A stretch of 64,000 bases of DNA, taken from positions 10,441 to 74,440 of the forward strand of contig NMRA01000558.1 in the NCBI GenBank assembly GCA_002633005.1, in the 5' to 3' direction. A program made the translations under genes and the position numbers. The notes below the pieces were generated by a model. It searched no databases. It saw nothing but the letters and a program-made list of their open reading frames with translations, and was not told where the DNA came from. Of the stretch, positions 37,301-51,923 are shown piece after piece (within the stretch, counting starts at the first letter, position 1; every line of letters starts with the position of its first letter). Source of the stretch: Phoronis australis. Its lineage: Eukaryota > Animalia > Phoronida.

Positions 37301-40300
37301 GTTACCTAACTCCGTCCCTACAAAGTGACCTAACATTAATCCATAAGACCAAATTCCTCACCTGTACTCTGAGATCAGGGACTTGAAGTTTGATCCCAGG
37401 ATTTGCTGTTTGTCCCAGGGCATGGAGCATTTTCGGCATATAGTTTGGTGGTGGTGGTCTTGACTAAGTACCCTCTGGCTTTGTTGTTTGCATGTACGGC
37501 ACTAGAGTTTAGGAGTTCACATCTGGAATTTAATGCTAGATATGCTCATGGAATGAGATCCATTAGTGTTGCTTTGCCATTCATCGTGCAGGGAGTTGGA
37601 CTGTGGCAACCACAAGTGTACGTTAGTGTGTCATGCTGGTCCTTGCGACTCCTGTGCCCTGCTGCCCTCTGTTGTCACGCATTGTCCTTGTGGGAAGACG
37701 GCATTGGATGAGATGTGTACAGAAGGTGCTAAGAGAACATCATGCCTCGATTCTGTACCTACCTGTGACAAAATATGTGGGAAACCATTGAACTGCGGAC
37801 CCGAAGGTATGTTATATTGTTGCTCTGATTGTGACACAAACATTATGTATTTTATTAAGTAACTCTGGTTTCAATTAATTTAAAAACGTCCATGTCTGTT
37901 GAACTATGCTTGGATGAATGCCAGACTTTTGTTAACTGTTATTCTTGATATTGATAAATGCTGTATAATGTGAATTTTGGTATGAGTTTGAAGTCGCGAC
38001 TTAGTAAAGTTTTGCTTGCGTTATTTTCTCAGTGTCTCTCATGCAAGTGTATTTAATATCAATAATCAGACTACAGCACTGCGTCCTTTTGCTGATCTCC
38101 CGTTTTAAGAATAAGCGATGTTTCATTTTAACGATGTCTCAAAGGAGGTTCTCTGTCAGTGTGGGTTCATTTAGTGGACTGTTGTGCACGTCCTGTGCAT
38201 CATTTCCATTCTGCGCCTGGCGCACTCACCAGACATGGTCATGTGTACAAATATGTAAGCACACTCAATAGATAACATTTCAGGTGTAGGTAGGGCCATT
38301 TTTAACACTTTCTATTTGTAATTAAGCTTGAGAGACTGCATCGTATTTAAAATAAAAAATGATAGGGAGGTTAATTACTGTTTGCTTGTTGGACATAGTG
38401 TCATGGTGTGCCCCTTTAAATACTTATCTCGTATTGCAGCCAATCGTCACAGTTGTAAGAGTTTATGTCACACTGGAGACTGTCCTCCATGTCAGGGGGA
38501 CTGCACAACCCCTGTAACCTGTCGATGTGAGGCTGTTGTAAAAGAGTTCTCTTGCACGGAAGCTGTCAAGTTCACAGGTAAGCGCCATTTTGTGTTTTAT
38601 TTGCCCACACATTCATGTGTCGGTTCATATTACAGTCACCTCTGTCTGTGTGTCCCATATCTGCAGCTGTATCTTCTAAACCTCTTGCAGGATCTTAATG
38701 AAATTTCAGCAGAGATTTGTTCCTATTAAGCTGGTAGCCTATTGTTTAGTAGATAATTTTATAGTAGATAATTGACTACCCCCATAAGATGCTATTGGAC
38801 ACTGGGCGAAATGAGTAGGGTTGCTCCAAAAGAATTCCATTCCTGTTATGCCAAATTAAAGGAAGAATTATTGATTTATGCAATGAAGTTTATTTATTTA
38901 AGTGTATTATTTACAATGAGGGTAGCCCCATCAGTTCACACTGCTTTCCATGGGGACTTTGTGTTATTTAGGAGACTGTTTATTAGAAATGAGACTAAAT
39001 TCCTGTTATTGACTAATCTTAACATTGAAAATGAGACTAACTGCTTAATAACTTTTTTCAGTTGAGCAACCATTCCTTTGTGAGAGAAGATGTCACAAGA
39101 AACGTCATTGTGGAAAACACAAGTGCAACCAGTTGTGTTGTGTTGTAAGTTTCCTTCGTCAGTCTCAAACTTTCATGTATGTGAAGATGACTTGTGAGAA
39201 GTTGTTCAAGTTTTATGCACCCACATAAACTTGGTGCTTTATGCCCTACGGGCATCTGATTCCGCTGATGTATGTCCAAAGTTCCTCCGAGTCGATAGAT
39301 GTTGGTGAAATTTTGTGTAATATACTATATGCTCCTATTATGGATGGAACAGCATGAACAAGTTTTCGTGTGGATCCAGCTACCAGTGTGTACCCTAGAG
39401 GCAATTTAGTTGACTTTGTTTTTCTTTGTCTTTGCTTTAATGTCGACCATGTTCCTTGATAGATGTTCATGAAATTTGACAAAAAGTCAAGTCCCATCAT
39501 TTTAAAATCAGCTCTTCCCTTGTTTTGGATGGATGTGACCAGTGTTGTGCACCCTAGTGGCGTTTCTATCATTTTTGTTTCCTTTGTCTTGAAGAATCGT
39601 GATAAAAGTTGGCAATTGTGTTCCTATGGAGAGCAGCATTTCTGACTTGCTTTTCACCCACTAGAGGCAATTATTAAGTTAATTAGTATATGGGCCTCCA
39701 TTCAGGGAGAGTACATAAGATCTTTTCTTGTATTTGCACAGTATGAAATGTACACTGTGGCTGCATATCATTGTTTAGTTCAGCATTATATGAAATCTTA
39801 TTGACTTTAATATGAGGAAAGGCCAGCAATGTATTTTAGTCCAAAATATCTCGTTAGCTTGATTGAATTATATGTTCTTTAACACTGCATCCAAAAACTT
39901 GATATTTTTTCTCTTTGTTTAGGATGAAGATCACACCTGTCTTCAGACGTGTGGCCGAAAATTAACGTGTGGTCTGCACAAATGTGAAGAACCTTGTCAC
40001 CGTGGCAACTGTCCCCCCTGCTGGCACGTCAGTACGTACTAGTCATCCTGTGATTTGTCAGTTGACAACTTTAATATGGTGACTGGTGCTAATTTCTTTG
40101 TACACGTGCACCTTTTGGGTGCATGGAATCTGTACTGCTCTTTCCAGTCCCGGCATGGTAGAAGAGCATGTTCCTACAATGATTTTTTTGTTACCTGTCA
40201 ATAGTAGTTAACAAGCAAACAGTAATTAACCTACTATTAAGTTAATCATTACTTCATTCTCCACACATGGCACTCAACACATTCTTAATATATTAATTTT

Positions 40301-43300
40301 CAGTTTTAATTAATGTGTGGATAGTTTGTAGCTGTATGATGTACACACAAATAGTTTAATCGTCAACTCTGTCTTTTTCTTTGAACCAGAACAGAGGTCA
40401 CCATGACAAACTTTCAAATGCTGCAATATTGTGTGGAGGTAGTTTTTCCTCACTGTCAGTATTGTGCTATGGAGTAGCTAATCTTGTCATCGAACATAAG
40501 AGCACAGTCAAAACAAATTCTGTTACCTAGGCGTGATAACTCTTTGAAGCGATTGGGAATTTGTGAATGAAGCTTGGCATGTCGGTAGATTGGCTCAAAA
40601 GCTTGATGTGTAGTGTATTTTCCTGCTGTGTGCAATAATTTGTTGGCTTCCTAAGGATCCATGTTGTGAATGTAGCTCTACATGGCAAGTGTTAGGGTGT
40701 TCTTTTTTGTTTAGTGTTGCTCGTGCAAATGCGTTAAAAACGAACTCCTTGGTTTTTATATCTTTGCCATTTTTGATGTACACGGTGGATGGCTTCTCTT
40801 ATTGTCTTAATTTTTGTGACCTCAAATAAAGTAGGTGTAAATTACTCCTCAGACTCTTTGTTACGATGGATAAATATTGACTATAATAATGTTTCTTTGC
40901 TAGGTTTTGATGAGCTGTCGTGCCACTGTGGTGCTGAGATCCTGTTTCCGCCCATACCTTGCGGTACTAAACCACCCGAGTGTAACCGACCCTGCACAAG
41001 ACAACACGCCTGTGAACACCCAGGTATGGTAACAGGTTTTGCAAACGAGGGATTCAGAATGCCCTCTAGTGGTGATTGATTGCACTGTCGCATAGGTTGG
41101 TTCTTACAATATGCTCCGATTGCCGCTTTTACCATGTCGACGTCATAAATTGGCAAACTAATGAATGGCTTCATTGCCTTTCTTTCAACGCTGAGGGGGG
41201 AAGTAAGTGGGTTGAATGTCTGTCTCCTGTTTACAAGGTCGTAGGTTTGAATCCCTCTGGACCCCACGGGAATGGAGCTCCTCAGCTCTGTCTTAATTTC
41301 TGTACGTGTCTATCTGGGGTTAATTGTTTATTTATAAATGAAAAATGGATTCAGGTGGTTGGTGCAATGACCCCAGCTGAGTGACCGGCGCACGGCAGAT
41401 GCAACATGTATCAGACCACCTGTGGTATCTTTTTTTCTTTCAAAGCATGTGACATAACTACGAGAAACCTGTACTAGTGCTGTTTTGTTGATTTTTTTTC
41501 TCATGTGACAAAATGAAGTCAAAAGGTTAATGCATAAATGACAAGCTTCCGATTGTGTGATTGAATCATTGTGATGTCAATCTCAGGATAGCTCTGTGCA
41601 TCTGAAATGGAAAAAAAGACTGTTTAAGAAAATCTTTAACGGGATTTCCAAATCCAAACCATGTACAGTCTTCTTTGTATCAGGTCTAGTTCATAGACCC
41701 GGAGTGTATTTTATGAAAATAGTGCAGCCAACATTTTGATCTGGTAAACCGCAGAAGTTGTACTTCAAAACCCTACCTCTGGTTGTGGCGGTGATTTGCT
41801 ATTTATTTAGGATTCCACATCCAAGTGACGATCACAGTTGGGACAGACCTAACAACTCCTAGCAGACAGTTGCTTGTCTCGGTGGAGTTGATTAGACGCC
41901 TGGTCTGTGACCAGTCACCAACCCTTTGCTGATTGGTCAGATTAAAATTTACTTGTGCTGTACTGGAACAAAACATATATCTTGTTGGTTGGTAATCGAA
42001 GGATTCATTCTTTTCTGTTTGCCTCAGTCCAACATAACTGCCACAGTGAAGACCAGTGTCCTCCATGTGTGGTACTGACCAGGAAGTTGTGTATGGGAGA
42101 ACATGAAATGCGTAACAGTGTGCCATGCCACCTGACCAACATCTCCTGTGGAATGCCTTGCAACAAGCCTCTGCCATGTGGACAGCATGTGTGCAAGCGT
42201 ACTTGTCACAGGGTAAGATGGTCATTTTGATAATACATATTTGGCCTTTAGTGGTCCATGTATAATCTGCTTTAATTTGTTCATGTTGAAGAAAAGTCAC
42301 CCGCTGTGGTTTCTTTCCAGTGGCCTGTTTGTGTATGGCAAGCAATATCCTGGTTGTGGTCTGTTTGTTATGCAAAATGCTTCATTTAGCGAGAGGTTGT
42401 GACTTACACCTCGCTTGTTTAGCAATGAAAGTTTGCTTTACGCATTTCGCATTGTGGATAGCATTAGGATTACATTTTATTTAAAATAATCTTGGACAGG
42501 TTTTAAAAATTTATTAGTGCTATGGTATGCAATACAAAGTGTAAGGATTGTCCATGTGGGAATGGTTTTCATTAGACTTTCTATGTTCCTACTAGCAAGA
42601 GCGCAGCTAACGATTGTCAGACAGCTGTGCCATCCACAGATGGCAGTTTTTGTAGCATCCGTGGCTTTCTCCTAAAGCCCTTGTCAGATCTTTAATAAAT
42701 TAGGCAAACGTATCTATGAACATAATAACAGATGGCATCGACTTTGGAATGGATCAAACTACTGCTATGACCTCCTAGTGCCTATTTTAGTTTCTGACGT
42801 TTTCTTCTGTTTCTTTGGGGTTCCTTGATGGATTTTCATGAATGGCATAAAGGTTAAGGAGACTACGGCACCTACCCATTTTCGGATTGACGTAGTGCAT
42901 TTTACACAACTTAGTGGACATTTCAATTATTTTTCTATCTACAAACTGTTATAAAATCATGAAAATTGGTGTAATTATTTTGTTCTTACTCGTTTTGGAC
43001 AGCCAATATCTATTTTAAAGGTTCCTTATGGAACTTCATGAAATGTGTACATGTTGGTATTGAGAGGACAATAGTCACATACTGTAGTCTTTGAATTTGA
43101 GAACCAGTTTGGTGCCAGTTATTCAGTGGAGAAAACTGGTTCTCATAATGCAGAACTGCTGCTAGTGACTTCACCAACAAGATTAAAACTGATTAGTTTT
43201 GGCATAAATCTTGACTACTAAGCCCAGAGTTCATTAGTGGCAATATCCACGTTCCACATTGCTCTTGTCATTACAGGGTGACTGTTTGCAAGATGGCGAA

Positions 43301-46300
43301 GCCTGTCTTCAGCCATGTACCAAATCACGTTCTGACTGTGGTCATCCTTGTGGCGCCCCATGTCATGCGGGCCAGGAATGCCCCATGTTCCCATGCAAAG
43401 CAGAGGTAGGTAAAGTGTACACAACAGTCCAAACATAATCGGACAAATTGATGCAGAGTCACCTTTCGTGACAACAATGCAGATGGAATTTCTGATTGTG
43501 ACTGCAGAGCGCACTTAAAACCATGTTTGTGTTTTTGTAACTTGTAGATCTTATTACATTGTCAGTACTTAATGATGTCGAAAACTGAAGTGTCATTGTT
43601 AAATTGTCTAATCTCTTCAGTCACCTTCTGATGGGTTCTTTGATTCCCAACTAAAGAGATTTCCCACAGCAGTTGTTGCCGCTAAGTAAATACAAGCATT
43701 CTGTGCTGAATTATAAGCTACTTCTGAACTGTATTTTGTTCTAGATGACATTGAAGTGCAAATGTGGTAACAGAACAGGTAAAGCTGTGTGTCTGATGGG
43801 GGCAGCGCCCTCACAGGAGTTCAGCAGGTGAGTTCCTAGATTTAGAGACGAATTGGCTATCCCGTAACTTTGTATTGTGGACCATGCAAGGCAGTGGGCT
43901 AAAAGAGACTTGTAACCTTGGGTCGATTTTGATGTCGTGATCCATCCAGCCATATCGCTTGTGGAGTGAATTGAGTCACTTGAACTCGGCATACTTGTCT
44001 GTCCTTGATCTTCGAGGACCTCCTCTCCCCTTCAAAGGGAAGATGGCAACTGCGTCGGGGTACGAACTCTTGCGTTGCGCGACCACCTGTCGGATATTGT
44101 CATTTCAAGCAGACGAAAAAGAGAATGTACTATCAACATAAAAAGTTGCAGGAGAGGGAATCTCGTCTGTGTTTTATAATCACCTCCATTCATGTGCTCA
44201 CAGCTTCAGTAATGAAAATGTTCATAGTTTGAGTAGAGAAAAGAGTTGGCACGTAAGAGGAGTAAAGAAGTCATGTGCCAATGTACTTCCCTTTAAGAAA
44301 AAAGGTGGGGTAAATTTCAAGATCTAGTTTGCTTGTGATGACAGTATCCACCAGGTGTTGCTCAACACAAGAGCTGTTACCTGAACGCAGTTGCCATTTT
44401 TCCTTTGAAGAGGATGGCAGAACCTCGAAGATCTACGACATTTTTATCAAAGAGGTCCAGTTGGAATGATTCAGTTCACTCCTCTACTACTTGTATTTTT
44501 GCCCCATTTAAAATGATGTCACATCACTTTTGGGATCTTCTGAAATTAAAATGATAATCCTCTTATTAATAAGTCCTTAATTTAACTAAACCTGCTTGTA
44601 ATGCTCAGCGTTTGTTCCTATTGTCAGTAGTAAAGATACCGGCGGTACCTTATCAACCTACAGCCACTACAGTGCGCTTCCACAGAACAATATGGTGCTG
44701 CATGCTTTCACGATTATTTAAATTTAAGACATCTGATCTCTCCCTCCCTCNTTCTTTCTTGTGATAAATTGTGTTACGGTAAATACAAGTTGCTGTTGTC
44801 AGTTTCACGGTGTAAGTAGGTGGCCTAACATCCTAATCCCACGATTTGAATCGTGAAAATGTTCTCTGATGAAATCTGAGTTACTTGACATAAAAATGTA
44901 GTCAAGTTCCATGAGCACAATGCGTTCTTTCATGTTGATTGTGAAATACCTAAATCTGATTTTTTGTTTTAGATTTCCATCTTATGGTGTACTAAAACAG
45001 CTGTTTTTCATTAAAACAATTTATGTGTGAGTTGAATACCTGTGATGTGATTTTCAGTAACTTCAATATTATGTGGTCACTGTTGCCTTATTCATCACAA
45101 TTTCTGTTTAAGGGTGACTGCAATCAGTTTGGCAAGCAAGATGCACGATCTTCAACTTGGACTGTCTGTGGATATTGGAGATTTGATGAAGACGAGCAAG
45201 CCTGCTGCTGAAAGGAAGTAAATAATGTTCTCACCCTGACTCTTGCTACTTGGCTCTTGCTGCTAGACTTTGCAGAAAATGCAAGTCTTGTGAACTATCT
45301 GTTTGGTGTACTCAGTAGAATTTAACTAAATATTCAACATGGTCTGTGACCTACAGTACCACCAAAAGTACTGAGACAAAATGACCCAGAATTACCCGTC
45401 ATGACTGCTAGGCAGAAGCTGAATTAATCATCAGATTAGCCTTCCTTCACGACCAGAAGAAGGGGAGTCAACAGGAAAGTTAGAATGGTGACTGAGCCAT
45501 TCTGTTATTAGAATTTTGGCGCTAGAATAGCCATTACCTGTCATTTTTGCTGTAAACAGAATTTTCTGTTATCACGGGGAAACGTTATTTTGCACAATTA
45601 CTTTTGTCCTGTACTTTGTAAGCTTTGCTTGCTGCCTGAAGTGAAAGTTGTCTGAGCCCATGGCCCTGTCATTAAGGAAAATACAAAAACATTTGAGTGA
45701 AGTAGCTGGTGGTTCATCTAATTGTTCACGCATTAACGTGAGCTATCTCAACTCGTAGTTTTGCGCACAGCCCAAGAACAAGACAGTAGGTTTTGTTTTA
45801 TAACTTGGTTTGTTATTTGATGTTGGATTCAATACTCATTATATTATTTCTAGTAATCGAAATAGAAAGCACAGTAAGGTTATTGTTGTTTGAGAGATGT
45901 TTATATTGTGTCCTACTTGTTCTCACGTGCAGTTTATTATTCCCATTCAGGTTAGAGTGCAATGAACAGTGTAGCATTATAGAAAGAAATAGACGAGTTG
46001 CCTTGGCGCTGGAAATCAAGAACCCAGACCTGTCTAGCAAGCTGGGAGCACCAGTTTACACACAATTCCTTAAAGATATGGCGAAGTGAGTAGAATGTGT
46101 AGTCATGGTGGTACAGTTAATACAGTCAGGTTCTTGTTTACTGTTTAGTCCATTGTTAAAGTTTGGCAGTAGTGGAAAAATCCACTTGTTGAAGCCCTTC
46201 CAAAAAGATTAGAATGATCGAATTTCTGTTGTTCTGGAGGTATGTGTTTGCGTTAAGCCAGTCTTAACTTTATGTATTTTTTCTTGTTTATGGCAAAAAG

Positions 46301-49300
46301 TCAAATTATTGCTTAGTCCTTCCTTCTATCTGAGGTCGGATAAAGTCACTGACCAGGGGCCTCTGGCTTTATCAGAACTGTGATTGGATTTTCTTAGCAT
46401 ATTGTAATTGACCTTTACACTTACTGCCTATGTTTGTGACAGAGTTGTATTACTGAACAATTAGGTTACTACGCTATTCAATTAATCAACTAGGAAGTGG
46501 CTTTTTGCTAATTGTTAAATTTAATAAGTAAATGTTCTTCCTCAAATACACTTACACTAATACATCACGATGGAATTCTTCTTTCACTCAGCTGTCATTA
46601 CTTGGAATTCAGTGTACGTTTCATGTTTTGTTATTGGAGTGTTCTGTGTCTTTAAGGCATATTGATGGACTTGGGATAATATAACCTGATATTTTGTAAT
46701 TATTGAACAACCCTCTGTAGCGTCTCTGCAGTGTAGGGTACTAAGGTGTATGACCTCGTGCACATGTCTACTAAGTTGTATGTTGACCTCATCATGCACA
46801 TGTCTACTAAAGTTATATGACCTCATGCACATGTCTTGTGAGATTCGTCTTAAAAGTTTGAGTTAGGGTTTGCACATGCTTTGTGCTAATCATCTGAAAG
46901 ATACATATTCAACTGAGTGCAATCACTGTTGTCATTTGGTCAAGGGGCGGTGTAGTATTCTTTTCTCTTAAGTCTCCCAGTCTTTTCATGTGACCACATT
47001 TTGATTAGTATGCTGAAAATAATATTCTCGTTTCATTATAATAATTTTTGCAGAAGAAATCCGTCTCTTGTTGCGTCCATTGAGAAGGCTCTCGGCAATC
47101 TCGTACAAACTGCCCAAACATCCAAGCAGAAGAGCCGCAGCTACGCCTTTGCGCCAATGAACCGCGACCAACGGCAAACGGTGCATGAACTAGGGGAGTT
47201 TTATGGGTGTGAGACGCAGAGCTATGACAATGAGCCGACTAGAAATGTAGTGGCCACTGCCTACAGGTTAGTTTTCACCGTTCAAGATAGTGTTGCTAGG
47301 ATTTGATGAATTGCCTCTGACATCATTGCTGAAGAAAAACATTGAGTTAAAATCGATTTCATGATAACGGAATCAATTCTGTGATGGGCCAAAAATTTGA
47401 AAAGTCACCTACAGTGAGATGATGTCTCCTCAGTCATCCAAATTTGCGTCTAGTTTTAATAAAAAATAAGTCACATAACCGTTCCTGTGTCATCTTGGAT
47501 GTACAGAAATCTGCCTTGCGGGGTGGGCCAAAGTCATCTGTTGTTCACTTAAGAAAGTGAATCGGTCTCATGGCCTATCATAGCCAACAGCCTTGCCAGA
47601 TCTCAATCTTAACGTTACTCAAAACCATTTCAGAGCTGAACCTCAAATCGGAGATAGGTTCTCGTTAATCAATTATGAAAACATTTCTAATTCCCGCCTG
47701 TCCAGTGGTTGTAATGAGGTTTTTGTCTTGATTGCGGTTAAAAGTTAACTATGTAAGCTTAAAATTTTTTAAAAGCTATATTATTGTGTCTTTTTTGAAT
47801 TTTGTATTAGTTTATAGGATATATGAAACGTTTTGCATTGATATGATAAGGGTGCTTGTAATGGCAGGCAAAATTTACTTTAAATTTATAGATTATTCAC
47901 TTTTTAGATTTTTCATGTTCAGTTGTAAATTCCAAAAGGAAAGTAATTGTTTTTACTTTGCAATTTATGCAACCCTTATTTCTTGACAGAAGCAGAATGC
48001 TGCCTTGTCTTGATGAGTGCAGTTAATTAATTGTATATCAATTTGTCTTTTAACTTGTTTATTCTTATAATTGCATTATTAGACAAGTGGTTGATATGCA
48101 AATGCCAAAACGCCGAACAAAGAACTCATCAGTTCCCGCTGTCCGTGGCTTAGTCTTTAACCCCCCCCCCACAAGTCAACTAATGACAGATTTTAGACCC
48201 TTGTTATCTAATATCCTTTGTAGGGACAAGTGTTGGATGCCTTCTGTTTCTCTAACGACTGCAGTTCAAAGAGAAAGGCTACCTAAAGCTCCACCCCCAA
48301 TCCCACACGGGCTGGATGAGTCTAAAGTGAGGTAGGGCAGATGCAACAAGGACAATAATAATGACAGTTTTAATCTTCAGCTGGAGTTCTGTTTAAAGCC
48401 AAATTCTTTGCTGTATTTGATAATCCCTTGATGCTTATTGTTATGTAGGGTCCTCGTAAATGTCCACATTAGGCTAATTTTGGAACATCTATCTCAGAAA
48501 TGTCTGACCATGTTCATATGAAACCTTCAGAATATATTGCTCTGAAATGGTGCTAATGATTGTTTTCCAAAAATGTTCCACATTTGCATGAGGGGGCTGT
48601 CAAAAATAGGGCTTTTGTGATTTTCAGGAAAAAACTAAAGTTGCATAGAACAAAATCTCAATGTATTAAGTTTTTGAAAAATTAACAGCGTTTTTAATTC
48701 TCGTTTTGAATATATCAAATAAAATTCCATTGTGTTATTGATAGTGTTGTTTTGCTATCAGTTCACCTTTGCTGAATTTTTACTAAAAAGGCTGGTCACA
48801 TGCACCAATAAATGGTGGATTTGGTGAAAAGTCAAAATCAATTTCTACTAGCTTTCTGGTTTCAGAAAATATACTTTAACTGAGTATAGTTTTGTGAATA
48901 TTGGGCTAAATTCATAGGCTCGTCATTAAGGAACAACAAAACTGTAAAACTTTGTTCAGCGAAAATGTTAAACCCGTGTCTGGACAATTTAATGGTTTCG
49001 AGTTCCGTACTGATTCGTACTGCTTGTTTCTCCTCATCTGATTGTGCTCTGTTCGCCCCCCATTTTGCTATGTGGTCAAAACTGGTATCATGGCCTGGCT
49101 ATATGGTGAGGACCTTGCATTGTTTTGGTCAGAAACAGTTACACGTGTTTCACTGGATTGAACTGTTTCAGACTGCAATTTCTCATTTTTGTGGACATGA
49201 CCTAATGCTACTGCCCAGCCCTTACTTTTCCAGGGCAGCTGTTTTGGCCCAGAATCAGTGCACCGATGTATTGCAGCCGAGTGATAAAGAGAAAGGCAAG

Positions 49301-49348
49301 TTGGATGCCAAGAAAGACTACTTTGACTACTTCGACATGACCGATTGA
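28358..49348 (+). CDS. NFX1: Transcriptional repressor NF-X1 (shuttle craft homologue), ~1163 aa
   Basis: 18 phase-consistent exons: 28358-28592 (PAM2-like [11 protein letters not shown]), 30875-31747 (Q/H-rich), 33356-33510 and 34556-34743 ([39 protein letters not shown]), 35982-36284, 37592-37806, 38440-38577, 39062-39144, 39923-40031, 40904-41023, 42028-42212, 43277-43405 (NF-X1 zinc fingers CGxHxCxxxCHxGxCxxC), 43745-43827, 45113-45217, 45951-46085, 47054-47266 (R3H: [30 protein letters not shown]), 48224-48331, 49234-49348 (..DYFDMTD*). Total 3492 nt. Confidence 0.96.
29119..29340. mobile_element. Foldback/hairpin MITE in an NFX1 intron
   Basis: ~90-bp arms, GATAAAATTTGAATCTAAT..GGAATTTGAAATAAAACTT..CTTCAGCTTGGCT and its reverse complement, around a ~35-bp loop. 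Confidence 0.75.
33205..33311 (-). mobile_element. 3' end of a LINE/SINE (hairpin + (AAT)n tail)
   Basis: TGAGGGTAGCCCCATCAGTTCACACTGCTTTCCATGGGG is shared with 38917-38958 and, in the opposite orientation, with 19436-19490; adjacent AAT-rich tail. Confidence 0.55.
34295..34375 (+). repeat. tRNA-derived SINE head / tRNA pseudogene
   Basis: A-box-like TAGTTCAATGG and B-box-like GGTTCGATCTC at tRNA spacing; stems do not pair fully. Confidence 0.45.
35519..35925. mobile_element. Second copy of the 11470-11870 repeat
   Basis: Colinear similarity; begins TTAAAG and ends CTTTAA. Confidence 0.65.
41193..41440 (+). mobile_element. tRNA-headed SINE-like element
   Basis: B-box-like GGTTTGAATCC; 3' part CAGGTG..TGCAATG..GCGCACG..GTATCAGACC.CCTG + T-run is shared with 61836-62010. 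Confidence 0.55.
46739..46836. repeat. Short minisatellite, ~31-bp unit x3
   Basis: CTAA..GT.TATGACCTC.TGCACATGTCTA repeated three times. Confidence 0.75.
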
Positions 49349-51923
49349 ACTCTTGTCTGGTGACTTCTTGTTATGTTGCGTTTTGTTGCTGTTCATACCT
49401 TAAAAGGCCACTAAACCCTGCTTTGATGATTGCCATCAATCTGCTATCCATCACCTGCTAATGCATCATTTGTGTCCATCTTCAATGTTCAACGCTGGAA
49501 TCTACTAGAAATTTGTACTTCCTATGTCACAAATTGGTCATCATGGTCCTTGATAGGTGGTGTATTCCCATAGTTGCCGTGTAATTCGCTAAAAGTGAAG
49601 GTCTCTCTTGGCCATTTAGCAGAGTGGACTTTGAAAGGAGTTGTCGAGGGTGACAGAGCATTATTCTGTTTCGGAGAACGTGATTGGAAAGTCGTTTTTA
49701 GTACCTATTATCAAGCCCAAAGCAAGCCTGGTGTCCTTTGAAGTGTTTTTAGATTAAGTTGTTATTGTTACTTTGTTATAAGATTGATTGCATGAATTGT
49801 AATTGGGAAATACCATTGTCTGGAGTATTGGTACATGTCAAATCAGGGGCCCCCTTCATGAAGCATTTGATCAAAATGTTTCCACCAGTCCGACATGGTT
49901 TCTTTTCATCAGGGACTCATGTAAGAATGTAGTAGACCCTTGAGGAATAATGCAGGTATTTTGCTTGGCATTTACATGTGATTGATTTAAGTACAGTGTA
50001 CTTATATCCAGGCATCTGTATACTATAATACTGATGCCAGCATCTAAGATGTAGTTTTTCTGCTTCACTCTAGTGGTAGCAGGAATCCTGACGTCTGCCT
50101 TGCCTGTGCTTCTGTATGTCCAGGCTAGTTTAGGGGACAGAAACATTCAAAGAGATGTGGTGTGTATCTTGGAGGTTGTTATGTTCGAAAGTTGTATGTA
50201 TTTTGCTACCTTTGATTTGTTATTCACGGCCGGAAAATTGTTGTGAAGTTAGCATGATTACTTTTGATGCTGGGTTGTGTTTTTTAGTCAAAAGTGATGT
50301 GCCTCTTATCGGTTCCAACACAAACTTTTTTAAGTCATATTGAACCTGACTGCTTAACAAACAGTGCCATGGGATTCATGTTCGAAATTCAAAAAGGTCG
50401 GAAATGAGCCAAACTAGAATGGAACTAGTGTGTGGAAGGTTTGGGTTTTTTGATTTATGTAATTCCAGCCTTTTTTGACCTGTGATGAAGTTGGACTTGA
50501 TATTCAGTTCATAACCTAATATGTAGAACTCTTAACAGTTTCTAGAAAACTTTTGCCTAAGTGGTCAATATGGAAGTTCTTGAACTGCGGCTAATGTGAT
50601 TGATACCGCTTACCTCTCAGCACAGTGTTATTCTTAAGATACAGGCATTGTTCCCATCATATCTAGCCTGCTTTTGCTTGATAATACTCCATTACATATA
50701 AGCTGCTTAAACATGTATTTCAGAACTTGTGTTGGCCTTTAAAAAAAACTAAGCCTGTGCAGACAACTATGTCACTAATTAAACATGAACTGTTAAAGAT
50801 TTGGCCAACTTCCCTGCTTCATATGGGGATAAAAGAGTTTTTGCCAGTACCGCACATGCAACGAAATGGAAGCTGAAGGGGTTACTAACGCCCCAGTTGT
50901 TTGACAATTGCGATTTTTCAAATGAAAGGTGGTGGTTTCAGTATTTTTCTCAAATGAGTTTGAATCGGCTACATGACTAAATTCGCCTTCGGTCACAAAA
51001 GTATTTTTCTCTTGTTTAGACCTCTTACTTTTTTAAATGCAATATCAATGTCAAATTGGATTAAAGTTCGACATAACAGACAATTCGTTATTGCTTTACT
51101 TTTCGAGAGGTTGCCTTAGCAGAACTTACCAATACTTCAGAAGGACCATACTTAGTATCCGTTACGCACGGGACCTTTTTGTTACATTAGGATTAGGATT
51201 GGTTCACATTATGTGGAGGTGGTGTAGGACTTTACAAAACCGGTTGAAGAAATATGGTTTTGTCATCAATGTACGTTTGAAAGACGTAAGGTTGGAAATA
51301 CTTTTGAAATAGTAGGAATTAAGGTAGATTTAAAAAAAACATTTGTCTGCTTACAAAAATGTAACATTGAAGCATAAAAACAACCTTCATACACATTTGA
51401 TATCCCTGTTCCATGTTTGCAAAGAAGTTGAAACTCGGGCTAGTTGTCGGTATGTTCATGGACTGCTGTGTACTTGGCTAATATGGTTCAGGTTTTGTGC
51501 AGCATACAGTCGACATTAATAATCGAGAATACAACCTGCTGTTGAATTGCGAGATAGATTTTGACAGGTCCAGGTGGTTATTTCTGAAGTATTAATGTAA
51601 TCTTTATTTATGTTGAAGGTTTTATTAGCGTCCTATTTATTTGTACACGATTCGGTGTGAAGTTGTTGAAATCGCTGATCCAAATCTTGGCCAAATGTGG
51701 GCATTATGCTGAGAGCAACTGTCTGATCAGGGCCACCGAAGAGTAATTTGTTTAATTCGCTCACTAGACTATGGCTGAAGGTCCTCGTAAGGACAAGAGT
51801 TCACCAGTCACTACCTTTGGAAGAAATTTAGCGGACATTTTTCGTCAAAAAGTTTACCAGATAGTTTTCATCAAAACGGAGAAAAGAAAAATGGATTTGT
51901 GAAGACAGGATTAAGTAGTAGGC

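Noticed and set aside
44751-44751. Single N base
   Set aside because: Assembly ambiguity in an intron; no biological meaning.
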